The notes under the pieces are model-generated. The model did no database searches. It worked only from the letters and a program-made list of their open reading frames with translations, and was not told the DNA's origin. This document shows, piece after piece, positions 51,247 through 60,731 of a stretch of DNA of 64,000 nucleotides. Where the stretch lies: NCBI GenBank assembly GCA_937900255.1, contig CALCDZ010000004.1, forward strand, positions 20,857 to 84,856. Reading direction: 5' to 3'. Positions within the stretch are counted from its first letter, which is position 1. Each line of letters begins with the position of its first letter. The DNA comes from an uncultured bacterium (GTDB lineage Bacteria; Patescibacteriota; Patescibacteriia; SG8-24; DYFX01). A program made the translations under genes and the position numbers.

Positions 51247-52626
51247 TCACTTCTCGATCTCGCGGTAGTTGACGATGACCGGCGTGCCCTCGAGGCCGAA
51301 CTCGTCGCGCAGGCGGTTCTCGACGAACTTGGTGATGGTCGGGTCGGTGAAGTTCTTGTCCTTCACCAGCATGATGAACTTCGGCGGCGTGGTGCCGTTC
51401 TGGCGGATGCCGTAGACGTGGGTCTGCTTGCGCTTCTGTCCGAGCATCGTCTTGTTGCGGGAGATGCGGGAGGCCAGGTACGGCTTGACGCGCTTCTCGA
51501 CGAAACGGTCGAGCTCCTCGTTGGTCAGCTCGCGTTCGCGGGCGGCTTTCACCTTGAGCGCCATGTCGAGCAGGTTCTGCACCCGCATGCCGGTCTTGGC
51601 CGAGACGAAGGCGATCGGCGCCCAGCGCAGGAAGGGGAGCGAGAGATAGATCTCTTCCCGTTGCTCATCCGCGCTCTTGGTGGTCTTTTCGGTAAGCGTG
51701 TCCCACTTGTTGAGCACGATGACGATGCCTTTGCCGGAGTCGGAAGCGAGGCCGGCCAGATGCTGGTCCTGCTGCTCGACTCCTTGGCTCACGTCGATCA
51801 CCAGGAAGACGACGTCGGCCTGCTGGATGGCGGTCAGGCTCTTGCCGACGCTGACCGATTCGAGGCCTTTGGCGATATGCGACCGCTTGCGGATGCCGGC
51901 CGTGTCGACCACCAGGATCGGGCGGTCCTTGTAGAAGAGGAGGGTATCCTGAGGTTCGCGGGTGGTGTGCGGGACCTCCGAGACGATGACGCGGTCCTCG
52001 CCGATCATGGCGTTCAGGAGCGACGATTTGCCGACGTTCGGGCGTCCGATCATGGCGATCGTGACGTCGGGGACGATCTTGTCGAGCGGGAGCTCGAGCG
52101 CGGTGAACTCCTCGAAGATGCGGTCCAGCAGGTCGCCGGTGCCGGCGCCGCTCGCGGCGGAGACGGCCATCGGCTCGCCGAGCCCGAGCTTCTTCCATTC
52201 GTCGCCGACCTCGCGCTGCTGCGCCGGGCCGTCGGCCTTGTTGACCGCCAGGATGACCGGACGGCCCGCCTTGCGGAGCTCCTTGGCGAGCACGATGTCC
52301 GTCGAAAGCGGCCCGGTCAGGGCGTCCCCGAGGAAGACGATCACGTGCGATTTCTGGGCGGCGCGCAGGGCCTGCTTGCGGACGTTCACTTCGATCTCGT
52401 CCTGCTTGATGATGTCCAAGCCGCCGGTGTCGAGGAGCGTCAGGAGCTGTCCGCGCCAGCGCGCCATGCCGACGCCGATGTCGCGGGTCGTGCCAGGGAC
52501 GTCCGAAACGATGGCCTGATTGTCCTCGATCAACCGGTTGAACAGCGAAGATTTCCCGACGTTCTTGCGTCCGACGAGCGCGACCGATGGCGAGGCGTGT
52601 ACCTTTGGCTTTTCTTTGGTCGGCAT
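51247..52626 (-). CDS. der: Ribosome biogenesis GTPase Der (EngA)
   Basis: Two GTPase domains (GRKNVGKS/DTGG/NKAD; GRPNVGKS/DTAG/NKWD) plus KH-like C-terminus. Confidence 0.96.
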   Translation of the reverse strand: MPTKEKPKVHASPSVALVGRKNVGKSSLFNRLIEDNQAIVSDVPGTTRDIGVGMARWRGQLLTLLDTGGLDIIKQDEIEVNVRKQALRAAQKSHVIVFLGDALTGPLSTDIVLAKELRKAGRPVILAVNKADGPAQQREVGDEWKKLGLGEPMAVSAASGAGTGDLLDRIFEEFTALELPLDKIVPDVTIAMIGRPNVGKSSLLNAMIGEDRVIVSEVPHTTREPQDTLLFYKDRPILVVDTAGIRKRSHIAKGLESVSVGKSLTAIQQADVVFLVIDVSQGVEQQDQHLAGLASDSGKGIVIVLNKWDTLTEKTTKSADEQREEIYLSLPFLRWAPIAFVSAKTGMRVQNLLDMALKVKAARERELTNEELDRFVEKRVKPYLASRISRNKTMLGQKRKQTHVYGIRQNGTTPPKFIMLVKDKNFTDPTITKFVENRLRDEFGLEGTPVIVNYREIEK

Positions 52627-52627
52627 A

Positions 52628-54088
52628 TCATTTGATGGCGTCCTGGCCGAGGATGATGAGGAAGTCGACGCCGTCGCTCGCGGGCTGCTGGCCGTTGGAT
52701 AGCGCGATGTTCGATGGAGTAAGGCCGGTGGCGAGATACCCCGGCAGGGTCAGCGCCACGTCGGCGCCGAGCAGGTTGCGGAGCGTCTGGAGCTCCTCGG
52801 GATGCGCGCCGTCGCTCAGGTCGTAGACGGTCGTGCGCGGCAGGTCGGTCTTCTTGGAGTTGCCGATGCGGACCACTTCGTAGCCGATCTTGGCGACGGC
52901 GTCCTGAGTCTTCTTCGCGAGTCCCGGCTGCGTCGTGCCGTTGCGGATCTCGACGCGGATCGGCGCCGCTGCGGCTTTCGCGGCCGCCCCATCCGACTTC
53001 GTCTCGAGAAGCCTCGAGGCGATCCGCTGGACGTCGCTCCAATCGCCTTTACGCGGAAGGAGCACGTAGGCGTCGACGCCGGAGAGGGGGATGGTCGTGG
53101 CGTAAAGCGGTCCTTCAGGGTCGTCGCTGAGGACGCGGTGGACCATCGTGGAGCGATCGAGCCCGCGCAGGCCCTTCGCCAGCGCGACGATCTCCCAGAG
53201 CTCCATGTTGGTGACGACGTGATTCTGGAGCGTTTCGAGCACGCTGGCCACTCGCGAAGGATTGAGCAGGGTGTCGATCGAGACCAGTTTGTCCTTGAGC
53301 GCCAGGAGGACTTTCTGCTGCCGCCGGCTCCGGGCGAAGTCCGACCCTTCGCCGTTGTTGCCATGGCGCGAGCGGGCGTATTCTAGAGCGGTGTCGCCGT
53401 TCATCGTTTGGCGCCCCTTCTGGAACGAGACCGTCTTATAAAGCGCGTCATCGGTCGGATAGGCGTAATCGGTGAAGGCTTGGTCGACGTCGATCGTGAC
53501 CCCGCCGACGTCGTCGACCAGCGTCTTGTAGGCCGAGAAATCCACGCGCACGTAGTAGTCGATCGGTTGGTCGAGCAGGCGTCCGATGACGCGCGCCGTC
53601 GCTTCGCCGCCGGAACGCGGCTTGCTGTTCTCGGCCAGCGCGTTCACGGCGTTGATCTTGTTGGAGCCGCCTTCCGGCAGCGGGATCCAGAGGTCGCGGG
53701 GGAGCGAAAGGATGCCGACTTGGGAAGTCGACGGCTTGAAAGTGACGAACAGCATGGTGTCGGTCAGGTGGGGCCCGTCGTGCCCTTCGCCGCCCTCTCC
53801 GAGCACCAGGATGTTGATGCGGTCGCGGTCCTCGCCGCTCAGCTTCTTTTCGGAAGTGCCGACCAGCCGACGGACCTGCTCGATCAAGGAGACCTTCTTG
53901 CCGCCAGGAGCCGGATTGATCCTCGAGGCGGCGGAAATCAGCCTGGCCGAAGCGAGGGAGAAGAACAGGGGAACGAGCAGCGCGGCGGCCGCCAGGGCGA
54001 TGGCGACGCCCTTCCAAAACGAAAAACGGCGCCGAGGCAGCAGGCTTCCGGTTTCTTGGTCAAGCAGGTTGATTTTCGGCGGCTTCAT
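52628..54088 (-). CDS. LCP (LytR-CpsA-Psr) family protein with LytR_C domain
   Basis: TM, LTDTM, SLPRD, KINA, ARSR, DFARSRRQQ; VEIRNGT..GLA. Confidence 0.92.
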   Translation of the reverse strand: MKPPKINLLDQETGSLLPRRRFSFWKGVAIALAAAALLVPLFFSLASARLISAASRINPAPGGKKVSLIEQVRRLVGTSEKKLSGEDRDRINILVLGEGGEGHDGPHLTDTMLFVTFKPSTSQVGILSLPRDLWIPLPEGGSNKINAVNALAENSKPRSGGEATARVIGRLLDQPIDYYVRVDFSAYKTLVDDVGGVTIDVDQAFTDYAYPTDDALYKTVSFQKGRQTMNGDTALEYARSRHGNNGEGSDFARSRRQQKVLLALKDKLVSIDTLLNPSRVASVLETLQNHVVTNMELWEIVALAKGLRGLDRSTMVHRVLSDDPEGPLYATTIPLSGVDAYVLLPRKGDWSDVQRIASRLLETKSDGAAAKAAAAPIRVEIRNGTTQPGLAKKTQDAVAKIGYEVVRIGNSKKTDLPRTTVYDLSDGAHPEELQTLRNLLGADVALTLPGYLATGLTPSNIALSNGQQPASDGVDFLIILGQDAIK

Positions 54089-54189
54089 CGTGGGGGCTTG
54101 CGAGACGGAAATAAGCCTGCTAGACTGGCGACTACCCGTGTATAATAGGAAAGGAACGCGCGTTTGTCCAGGTCACGGCGTTCCAGCGC

Positions 54190-54266
54190 GGACGTTTGGC
54201 TCAGCCGGTTAGAGCGCTGTCTTCACACGACAGAGGTCGGTGGTTCGAATCCACCAACGTCCACCA
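54190..54266 (+). tRNA. tRNA-Val(CAC)
   Basis: GGACGTT/AACGTCC acceptor, TTCACAC loop, CCA. Confidence 0.94.
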
Positions 54267-54288
54267 GCCTTCGCCAAGGCTTCGGCTG
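54265..54288. repeat. Short REP-like palindromic element
   Basis: CAGCCTTCGCCAAGGCTTCGGCTG; single copy in this window. Confidence 0.35.
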
Positions 54289-54336
54289 ACACGCCATCCG
54301 AGGAAGGCTTCGCGAAGATTGGTCTAGAAACTTCAC

Positions 54337-54966
54337 ATGCCCGCAACTCTCCCGACTCCCGCGTTGGAGGAACAAAAGACCGAGCCCGGAAACCAGGCAC
54401 CCGGGGCCGACCCCTCGTTTTTCGTCCGGCTCGGGCGTTTCGGGATGGAGATCGCCGAGATCGTCGTCATCTCGCTCGCCATCATCCTGCCGATCCGGTA
54501 CTTCCTGGTGCAGCCCTTTTATGTCAAAGGCGCCTCGATGGAGCCGACGTTCGATGACCGCGAGTACCTGATCATCGACGAATTGAGCTATCGCCTGCGC
54601 CACGCGGAACGTGGTGAAGTGGTCGTGTTCCGGTACCCGCTCGACCCCAGGCAGTTCTTCATCAAGCGCGTCATCGGTCTTCCCGGCGAGACGGTGAAGG
54701 TGTCGGGGCGGAAAGTCACCATCATCAACGCCGCGCACCCGGACGGCTTCATCCTGGACGAGACCGCGTATCTTTCTCCTGACGTCCCGACCGAAGGCGA
54801 ACGGACCATCAAGCTCAGTCACGACGAGTACTTCGTGATGGGCGATAACCGCACCGCCAGCCTGGATTCCCGCATCTTCGGGCCGCTCCCGGCCCAAGAC
54901 GTCGTCGGCCGGGTCTGGATCCGCGGATGGCCCATCGATCGAGCGACCGTTTTCCGAGCACCATAA
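54337..54966 (+). CDS. lepB: Signal peptidase I
   Basis: GASMEPT, FIKRVIGLPGE, MGDNR..SLDSR. Confidence 0.95.
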   Translation: MPATLPTPALEEQKTEPGNQAPGADPSFFVRLGRFGMEIAEIVVISLAIILPIRYFLVQPFYVKGASMEPTFDDREYLIIDELSYRLRHAERGEVVVFRYPLDPRQFFIKRVIGLPGETVKVSGRKVTIINAAHPDGFILDETAYLSPDVPTEGERTIKLSHDEYFVMGDNRTASLDSRIFGPLPAQDVVGRVWIRGWPIDRATVFRAP

Positions 54967-54987
54967 CCCAGCGCACTAAACGCCCGC

Positions 54988-56532
54988 ATGACCAAGATGA
55001 AAAAGACCCCGTCGGTCAAGGCGCCGGCTCCCGCCAAGGCCGGGACCGGAAGCAAGCCGGCCGCGGCGCCGTCGGCGCCCGGGACGGAGGAGATCCAGCA
55101 GAAGCCGAAACGCACCGCGCCCACGCCCCAGGCCCTGCGCGGCATGAAGGACATCTTGCCGGTGGACCAGAAGTATTGGATGCATGTCCGCGCGTGCGTG
55201 GAATCGATCGCCGGCACCTTCGGGTTCGAGCGCATCGATACGCCCATCCTTGAAGAGTCATCGCTGTTCGTCCGCGGTACCGGCAAGCACACCGATATCG
55301 TCGAGAAGGAGATGTTCTCGTTCGTCGACCAGGGCGGGGAATCCATGGCGCTTCGCCCCGAGTTCACGCCGTCGGTCACCCGCGCGTACATCAACCATGG
55401 CATGTGGAACCAGCCCCAGCCGATCAAATGGTTCACCTGGGGGCCGGTCTTCCGCCACGAGCGCCCTCAAGCCGGGCGTTTCCGCCAGTTCACCCAGTCC
55501 GGACTGGACGTCTTCGGCGACCGGCATCCGGTCATCGACGCCAACCTGATTTTCGCGGCGCACACCTTGTTCAAGGACCTCGGGATCGAAGCGCTGGTGC
55601 AGGTCAATTCGATCGGCGACCTCGCCTCGCGCGAAGCGTACAAGAACGAGCTCGTCTCGTACTATCGCAGCAAGCGTTCCCAGACGTGCGAGAACTGCAA
55701 GAAGCGCCTCCTCAAGAACCCGCTGCGCGTCCTCGATTGCAAGGAGGAAGGTTGCCAGGCCATCAAGGCCGAAGCGCCGCAGATCGTGGATTTCCTGAAC
55801 GAGGAATCCAAGAACCATTTCATCCGCGTGCTCGAATACCTGGACGAGCTGGAAGTGCCGTATCAGCTCCAGCCGCACTTGGTCCGCGGACTCGATTACT
55901 ACAGTCATACGGTGTTCGAGATCGTCGGCGCCGAAGAGGCGGACAAGTCGGGTTCGCAGGCGGTGCTCGCGGCGGGCGGCCGCTATGACGGCCTCATGGA
56001 GATCCTCGGCGGCAATCCGATACCGGCTGTCGGGTTCGCCTGGGGGATCGAGCGCATCATCCTTCGCCTCAAGGAAAAGTCCGTGCGTGTCCCGGACCTG
56101 CAGACCGCAGACGTCTTCGTCGCCCAGCTCGGCGAACCGGCCCGGCGCAAGACGCTCGCCCTGTTCAATGCCCTCAGGAAGGAGGGCGTGCGCGTGGGTG
56201 AAAGCTTCTCCCGCGATGCCCTCAAGCAGCAGCTGGAGATCGCCAACCGCCTCGGCGTGCGCTATACCGTCATCCTCGGCCAGAAGGAAGTCCTCGACGG
56301 GACCGCGCTCATCCGCGACATGGATTCGGGCATCCAGGAGATCGTCGACTTCAAGAAATGCGTCGCCGAACTCAAGCGCAAGCTGGCCATGCCGGCTCCG
56401 CCCAAGGCTCCTCCCGCGCCGGTTCCTCCGGAGCAGGAGGATCCGCTCCTGGCTGAAGAGCCGATGAAGGTCGACGAGGAGGAAGAAGAAACGGAAGGGG
56501 AGGACGGTGAATCGAAGAAACGGAAGAAGTAG
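54988..56532 (+). CDS. hisS: Histidine--tRNA ligase with disordered terminal extensions
   Basis: RGMKD, LRPEFT, RHERPQAGRFRQF, LVRGLDYY, AGGRYD. Confidence 0.96.
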   Translation: MTKMKKTPSVKAPAPAKAGTGSKPAAAPSAPGTEEIQQKPKRTAPTPQALRGMKDILPVDQKYWMHVRACVESIAGTFGFERIDTPILEESSLFVRGTGKHTDIVEKEMFSFVDQGGESMALRPEFTPSVTRAYINHGMWNQPQPIKWFTWGPVFRHERPQAGRFRQFTQSGLDVFGDRHPVIDANLIFAAHTLFKDLGIEALVQVNSIGDLASREAYKNELVSYYRSKRSQTCENCKKRLLKNPLRVLDCKEEGCQAIKAEAPQIVDFLNEESKNHFIRVLEYLDELEVPYQLQPHLVRGLDYYSHTVFEIVGAEEADKSGSQAVLAAGGRYDGLMEILGGNPIPAVGFAWGIERIILRLKEKSVRVPDLQTADVFVAQLGEPARRKTLALFNALRKEGVRVGESFSRDALKQQLEIANRLGVRYTVILGQKEVLDGTALIRDMDSGIQEIVDFKKCVAELKRKLAMPAPPKAPPAPVPPEQEDPLLAEEPMKVDEEEEETEGEDGESKKRKK

Positions 56533-56563
56533 GAAAAGCCCGCCTGTACAGGCGGGCTTTTCC
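56532..56563. terminator. Perfect 32-bp palindrome/terminator after hisS
   Basis: GGAAAAGCCCGCCTGT-ACAGGCGGGCTTTTCC. Confidence 0.75.
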
Positions 56564-56583
56564 GCGCTATCCTCGACATGACT

Positions 56584-58086
56584 ATGCCTATCGAAGGACG
56601 GGAACGGTCCGGAACGTTCGTCGCGGACGCCGCGGCGGCGTGCATCGCCATCATCCTCGGCTTGATCGCCGAATATCTTTTCCATGGGAAGCCGATCGGG
56701 GCCTCTTTCCCGGCATTCGCGGTCCTGTGCGCCGCCGGGCTGGTTCTCGCCCTGCGCTTGCGCGGGAGGTCCCTTCCGCGCTCCGCGTGGATCGTCATGC
56801 TTCCGCTCGTCGGCTTTTCCGGGATGCTCGCTTTCCGTGCGAACCCGGCGCTCGCCTGCATCAACGTCGCATGCAGTTTCGGTTCGTTCCTCCTTCTCGT
56901 CTCGGTGGCGTCCGGGCGGAAGGTCCGCGACTACGACCTCTCTGGCTATGCGAAGCTCGTTGCCCGTTCGATCGCCTTCATCCCGTCCGGCGTCCGGACG
57001 GCGGTCGGCCTTTGGGGCTACGGCACCCGCGATGCCAAGAGGGGGCGTGTACGTCAATTCTTGAAAGGGGCGTTGATCGCCCTTCCGTTCCTGCTCGCGT
57101 TCGGCGCCCTGTTCGCGTCGGCGGACCTGGCGTTCGACAAGTTCTTCCGGAATCTCCTTTCGGGTTTCTCCTTCCTCCGGTTCCAGGATGCGGTCTTTTG
57201 GGTCTTCATCGCGGCCGCTTTCCTTCTCGGGGCGTACGTGGCGGCAGGCAAGACGCACGAAGATCCTTCAGGCGCGGAAGCCGTACCCGAATCCGGATCC
57301 GACCACGTCCTTTCGATTTCGACGTCGCTTGCGCTCGTGAATGCCTTGTTCCTGGCGTTCATAGTCTTCCAGGTCGAGTATCTCTTCGGCGGCGCCGGGA
57401 ACGTCGGGCGGCTGGGGCTCACCTATGCGACCTATGCGCGGCGCGGTTTCTTCGAGCTTCTGGCCGTGACGGGGCTGTCGTTCCTGATGCTGCTCGGTTT
57501 CGAACGCCTCCTTTCCGGAAAGGGGGGCGGGCATGCGAAGGCCTTCAAGGCGCTTTCCTCGGTGCACGTCCTCCTCGTCGGCGCGGTCATCGCTTCGGCG
57601 CATCAACGTCTCGTCCTTTACGAGGACGCGTACGGTTTCACGACGCCCAGGTTCTTCGCGCACGCGTTCGTCTTCCTTCTTGGGGCCATGTTCCTCGTGC
57701 TCGCCGCCAAGATCGTCCTGGATCGCGATGGCCGTTGGTCGGCGTTCCGGCTGCTTGCCGCCGCCGCCGTCTTCTGCGCGTGCCTGGACGTCATCAATCC
57801 CGACGCCTTCGTGGCGGCCAGGAACCTGGAACGTTATCGGCAGACGGGAAAGATCGACGCGACCTATCTCGCCGGCCTTTCTTCGGACGCCATCCCGACG
57901 GCCATCGTGCTGCTCGATGTGAAGGATCCCGACGTCGCCGTGCGCTACGCGGAAGGCCTGCGCCGCAATCCGTACGTCCGGGCCCTTTCCGCGCGCCCCT
58001 GGTACGCCTTCGATTTCTCCGATGCCGCCGCCGCGTCCCTTCTGCGCGCCCGCGCGTCCGATGCCGCCTCCCCGAAAGGATATTGA
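56584..58086 (+). CDS. DUF4153/DUF4173-type polytopic membrane protein
   Basis: LFASAD..F, Q..YLFGG, TYATYARRGFFEL, YEDAYGFT..R, NPDAFVA..N; alternative start 56578. Confidence 0.85.
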   Translation: MPIEGRERSGTFVADAAAACIAIILGLIAEYLFHGKPIGASFPAFAVLCAAGLVLALRLRGRSLPRSAWIVMLPLVGFSGMLAFRANPALACINVACSFGSFLLLVSVASGRKVRDYDLSGYAKLVARSIAFIPSGVRTAVGLWGYGTRDAKRGRVRQFLKGALIALPFLLAFGALFASADLAFDKFFRNLLSGFSFLRFQDAVFWVFIAAAFLLGAYVAAGKTHEDPSGAEAVPESGSDHVLSISTSLALVNALFLAFIVFQVEYLFGGAGNVGRLGLTYATYARRGFFELLAVTGLSFLMLLGFERLLSGKGGGHAKAFKALSSVHVLLVGAVIASAHQRLVLYEDAYGFTTPRFFAHAFVFLLGAMFLVLAAKIVLDRDGRWSAFRLLAAAAVFCACLDVINPDAFVAARNLERYRQTGKIDATYLAGLSSDAIPTAIVLLDVKDPDVAVRYAEGLRRNPYVRALSARPWYAFDFSDAAAASLLRARASDAASPKGY

Positions 58087-58162
58087 CCTTAAAGACGCCC
58101 CCTGGTATCCTCTTCTTGAGACCCACTCGTCTCTCAATTTTTAGTGGAAAGGAAGGTGTATC
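58083..58162 (+). promoter_or_regulatory. rpsU promoter and extended Shine-Dalgarno
   Basis: TTGACC-17-TATCCT; GAAAGGAAGGTGTATC at 58147-58162. Confidence 0.65.
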
Positions 58163-58166
58163 GTTT

Positions 58167-58418
58167 GTGGTTGAAGTCAAACGCAAAAAAGGAGAAAGTT
58201 TCGAAGCCCTGCTTCGCCGTTTCAGCCGCCGCATCCAACAGAGCGGCCGGGTTCTTCAGGCCAAGAAAGTCCGCTTTCATCATCCTGAAAAGAACAAGAA
58301 CGCCCAACGCGATGCCGCGCTCCGACGCCAGTTTCTCAGCGCGCGCCGCGAATATCTGCTCAAGAGCGGCAAGCTGAAGGAAGAGGAGTTCGGCGCCCGC
58401 AAGAGCCATCGCGGCTAA
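58167..58418 (+). CDS. rpsU: 30S ribosomal protein S21
   Basis: VEVKRKKGESFEALLRRFSRRIQQSG; upstream of yqeY; hidden at the end of a shadow ORF in the track. Confidence 0.88.
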   Translation: MVEVKRKKGESFEALLRRFSRRIQQSGRVLQAKKVRFHHPEKNKNAQRDAALRRQFLSARREYLLKSGKLKEEEFGARKSHRG

Positions 58419-58465
58419 GCCCCGCCCCGGCGCCAGCCGGAGCCTCGCCTAGAACATTCGTCCGT

Positions 58466-58918
58466 ATGCCCCTCAGAAACGAGATCGAAACGCGCTTCGT
58501 GCAGGCGATGAAGGCGAAGGACGCCGCCTCGCTCTCCGTCTTCCGGATGCTGCGTTCGGCGCTCAAGAACGCCGAAATCGACAAGCAGGTCAAGGAGCTG
58601 GATGACGACCAGACGCTGGAAGTCATCGCACGGGAGGTCAAGAAGCTCAAGGACGCCATGACGGACTTCGAGAAAGCCGGGCGCCAAGACCTTCTTGCAC
58701 AGGCGTCGTCCGAAGTCGCCTTGCTCGCCCAGTTCCTGCCCGCTCAGCTCTCCGAAGCGGATGTCTCGGCCGCCGTGGCCAAGAAGGCCTCCGAACTCGG
58801 CCTCTCCGGCGAAGCGGCCTACGGCCGGCTGATGGGGGAGGTCATGAAGGACCTGAAAGGAAAGACGGACGGAGCCGCAGTCGGCAAGGCCGTCAAAGCG
58901 TTCCTGCAAAATACGTAG
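58466..58918 (+). CDS. GatB/YqeY domain protein
   Basis: AMKAKD..LSVFRML.SALKNAEI, FLPAQLSE, GRLMGEVM. Confidence 0.92.
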   Translation: MPLRNEIETRFVQAMKAKDAASLSVFRMLRSALKNAEIDKQVKELDDDQTLEVIAREVKKLKDAMTDFEKAGRQDLLAQASSEVALLAQFLPAQLSEADVSAAVAKKASELGLSGEAAYGRLMGEVMKDLKGKTDGAAVGKAVKAFLQNT

Positions 58919-58949
58919 AAAGACGGAGAACGGTAGCCCATCCTTTCCC

Positions 58950-60728
58950 ATGCTTACAGGAAGGAAGCCATGCTCCAGACCGCTCGCAAGAGCCGCCTTC
59001 ACGGCCGCCTGTTTCGTGTTGGCGGTTTTTGCGTCTCTGGGAGCGGCGCATGCGGCGCATGCCCAGGGCGTGACGTCCAACGAAGTGCTGCCGACCGAAG
59101 TCGGTGCGGCCATTGGCACGGGCAGCGGCGATATCCGCATCACGATCGCGCGTATCGTCCGCGCCGCGCTCGGTCTCTTGGGGACCGTCGCCCTGCTGCT
59201 CGTCCTGTATGCCGGCTTCCTCTGGATGACGGCTTCGGGGGATGAGGACAAGATCGCGCGGGCGAAGAATACGCTCGCCGGCGCGCTCGTCGGGCTGGCG
59301 ATCATCCTGTCGGCGTTCGGCATCACGTCGCTCATCATCAGCCGCCTGCTCGGCGCAAGCGAAGGCGGGGGACCGGGCACGATCGGAGGGTCCGGTGCCA
59401 TCGATTCCGCCTGCATCGGCCTGTCCGCGACTTGCTCGGCCGGCGCGCTCGGCAACGGCATCGTCGAAAGCCATTACCCGTCCCGTAACGCGACCGGCGT
59501 CCCGCGCAATACCCGTATCGCCGTCACTTTCAAGGAGAAGATCGACCCCGCTTCTTTGGTGGTCGGAGGCGCCACGTCCACCGTCGCCATCCTGAAATCT
59601 TCCCAGGTCTCCGGTACCGACAACCGCTTCCTTCAGAAGTTCAGCCAGGCGCTGACGCCCGCCGCCATCGCAGTCGCCCCGTCCGCCGACGGCAGGACGT
59701 TCGTCTTCATGCAGAAGAACTGCCCGTCGGACTGTTTCGGAAGCCCGTCGGAAAACGTCTTCTATACCGTGGCGCTGCGGGGAGGTTCCGATGGCATCAA
59801 GAAAGCCGACGGCAGTCCCGCCTTCGGAGGGACGTTCAGTTCCGGGTATCTTTGGGAGTTCCAGGTCTCGACCAAGATCGATACGACCCCTCCGCACGTC
59901 AGCGCCGTCGTGCCTGCGTCCGGGGAGACGGGCGTGGCGCGCAACTCGATGGTGCAAGTCGATTTCGACGAGGCGATCGATCCGGTCAGCGCTGCGGCGG
60001 GCCTTTCGGTCGCGCGTTCGGGCGGCGTCGCCGTCCAGGGCGATGCGCGGATCGGGAACGCCTATCGTACGCTCGAATTCCGCACCAACGACCTTTGCGG
60101 CACCAACTCCTGCGGCGAGAAGGTCTACTGCCTGCCGGGGAACCAGTCGATCGCCGTCAGGGTCAAGGCGGACGGCCTGACCGCGACGCCGCCTCTCGGA
60201 CTGTATCCGCCGAGCGGCGTGACCGACATGGCCGGCAACTCGCTTGACGGCAACGGCAACGGCGCCGCGCAGGGCAGCCCGTCGGATGACTATCCGTTCT
60301 CGTTCACGACAGGCGACAAGATCGACCTGGTCCCGCCGAAAGTCGTCTCCCAGGACCCGGGCATCCTTCAGGGCGACGTCCCTCGCGACCTCCCGATGTC
60401 CGCCACCTTTTCCAAGCTGATGAGCGCGACCAGCATCACGACCGATACGATGCGCCTCATGGCGGTCCCCGGAGCCCCGACCAACTACGCGGTGACCAGC
60501 CAACCGGTCTCCTCGGTCACGGGCGGGGAACCCGACCAGACGAAAGCCGTGTTCCAGCACGATCTCCTCAGTACCGATCAGGCGTATGCGGCCGACCTGA
60601 CGTCCGGATTGCGCGACCTGCACCAGAACTGCTTCTTCCCGGGCGGAGGGCAGACCGTCTGCACCGGCAGCGAACCGTATTGCTGCAACGGCCAGCCTTC
60701 GACGACCGCCTGCGGCTTCCTTCCCTAG
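58950..60728 (+). CDS. Surface protein: TrbC/VirB2-pilin-like N-terminus plus Ig-like domains
   Basis: AHA-Q signal site, YAGFLWMTASGDEDKIARAK two-TM hairpin, P..NATGVPRN..IAVTF Ig repeats, paired Cys. Confidence 0.8.
   Translation: MLTGRKPCSRPLARAAFTAACFVLAVFASLGAAHAAHAQGVTSNEVLPTEVGAAIGTGSGDIRITIARIVRAALGLLGTVALLLVLYAGFLWMTASGDEDKIARAKNTLAGALVGLAIILSAFGITSLIISRLLGASEGGGPGTIGGSGAIDSACIGLSATCSAGALGNGIVESHYPSRNATGVPRNTRIAVTFKEKIDPASLVVGGATSTVAILKSSQVSGTDNRFLQKFSQALTPAAIAVAPSADGRTFVFMQKNCPSDCFGSPSENVFYTVALRGGSDGIKKADGSPAFGGTFSSGYLWEFQVSTKIDTTPPHVSAVVPASGETGVARNSMVQVDFDEAIDPVSAAAGLSVARSGGVAVQGDARIGNAYRTLEFRTNDLCGTNSCGEKVYCLPGNQSIAVRVKADGLTATPPLGLYPPSGVTDMAGNSLDGNGNGAAQGSPSDDYPFSFTTGDKIDLVPPKVVSQDPGILQGDVPRDLPMSATFSKLMSATSITTDTMRLMAVPGAPTNYAVTSQPVSSVTGGEPDQTKAVFQHDLLSTDQAYAADLTSGLRDLHQNCFFPGGGQTVCTGSEPYCCNGQPSTTACGFLP
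59181..59260 (+). repeat. 80-bp exact direct repeat, copy 1
   Basis: Identical to 60945-61024. Confidence 0.9.
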
Positions 60729-60731
60729 ACT

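Noticed and set aside
56640-58418. 592-aa ORF apparently fusing a long N-terminus to S21
   Set aside because: Out-of-frame overlap with the DUF4153 gene; rpsU has its own promoter, SD and GTG at 58167
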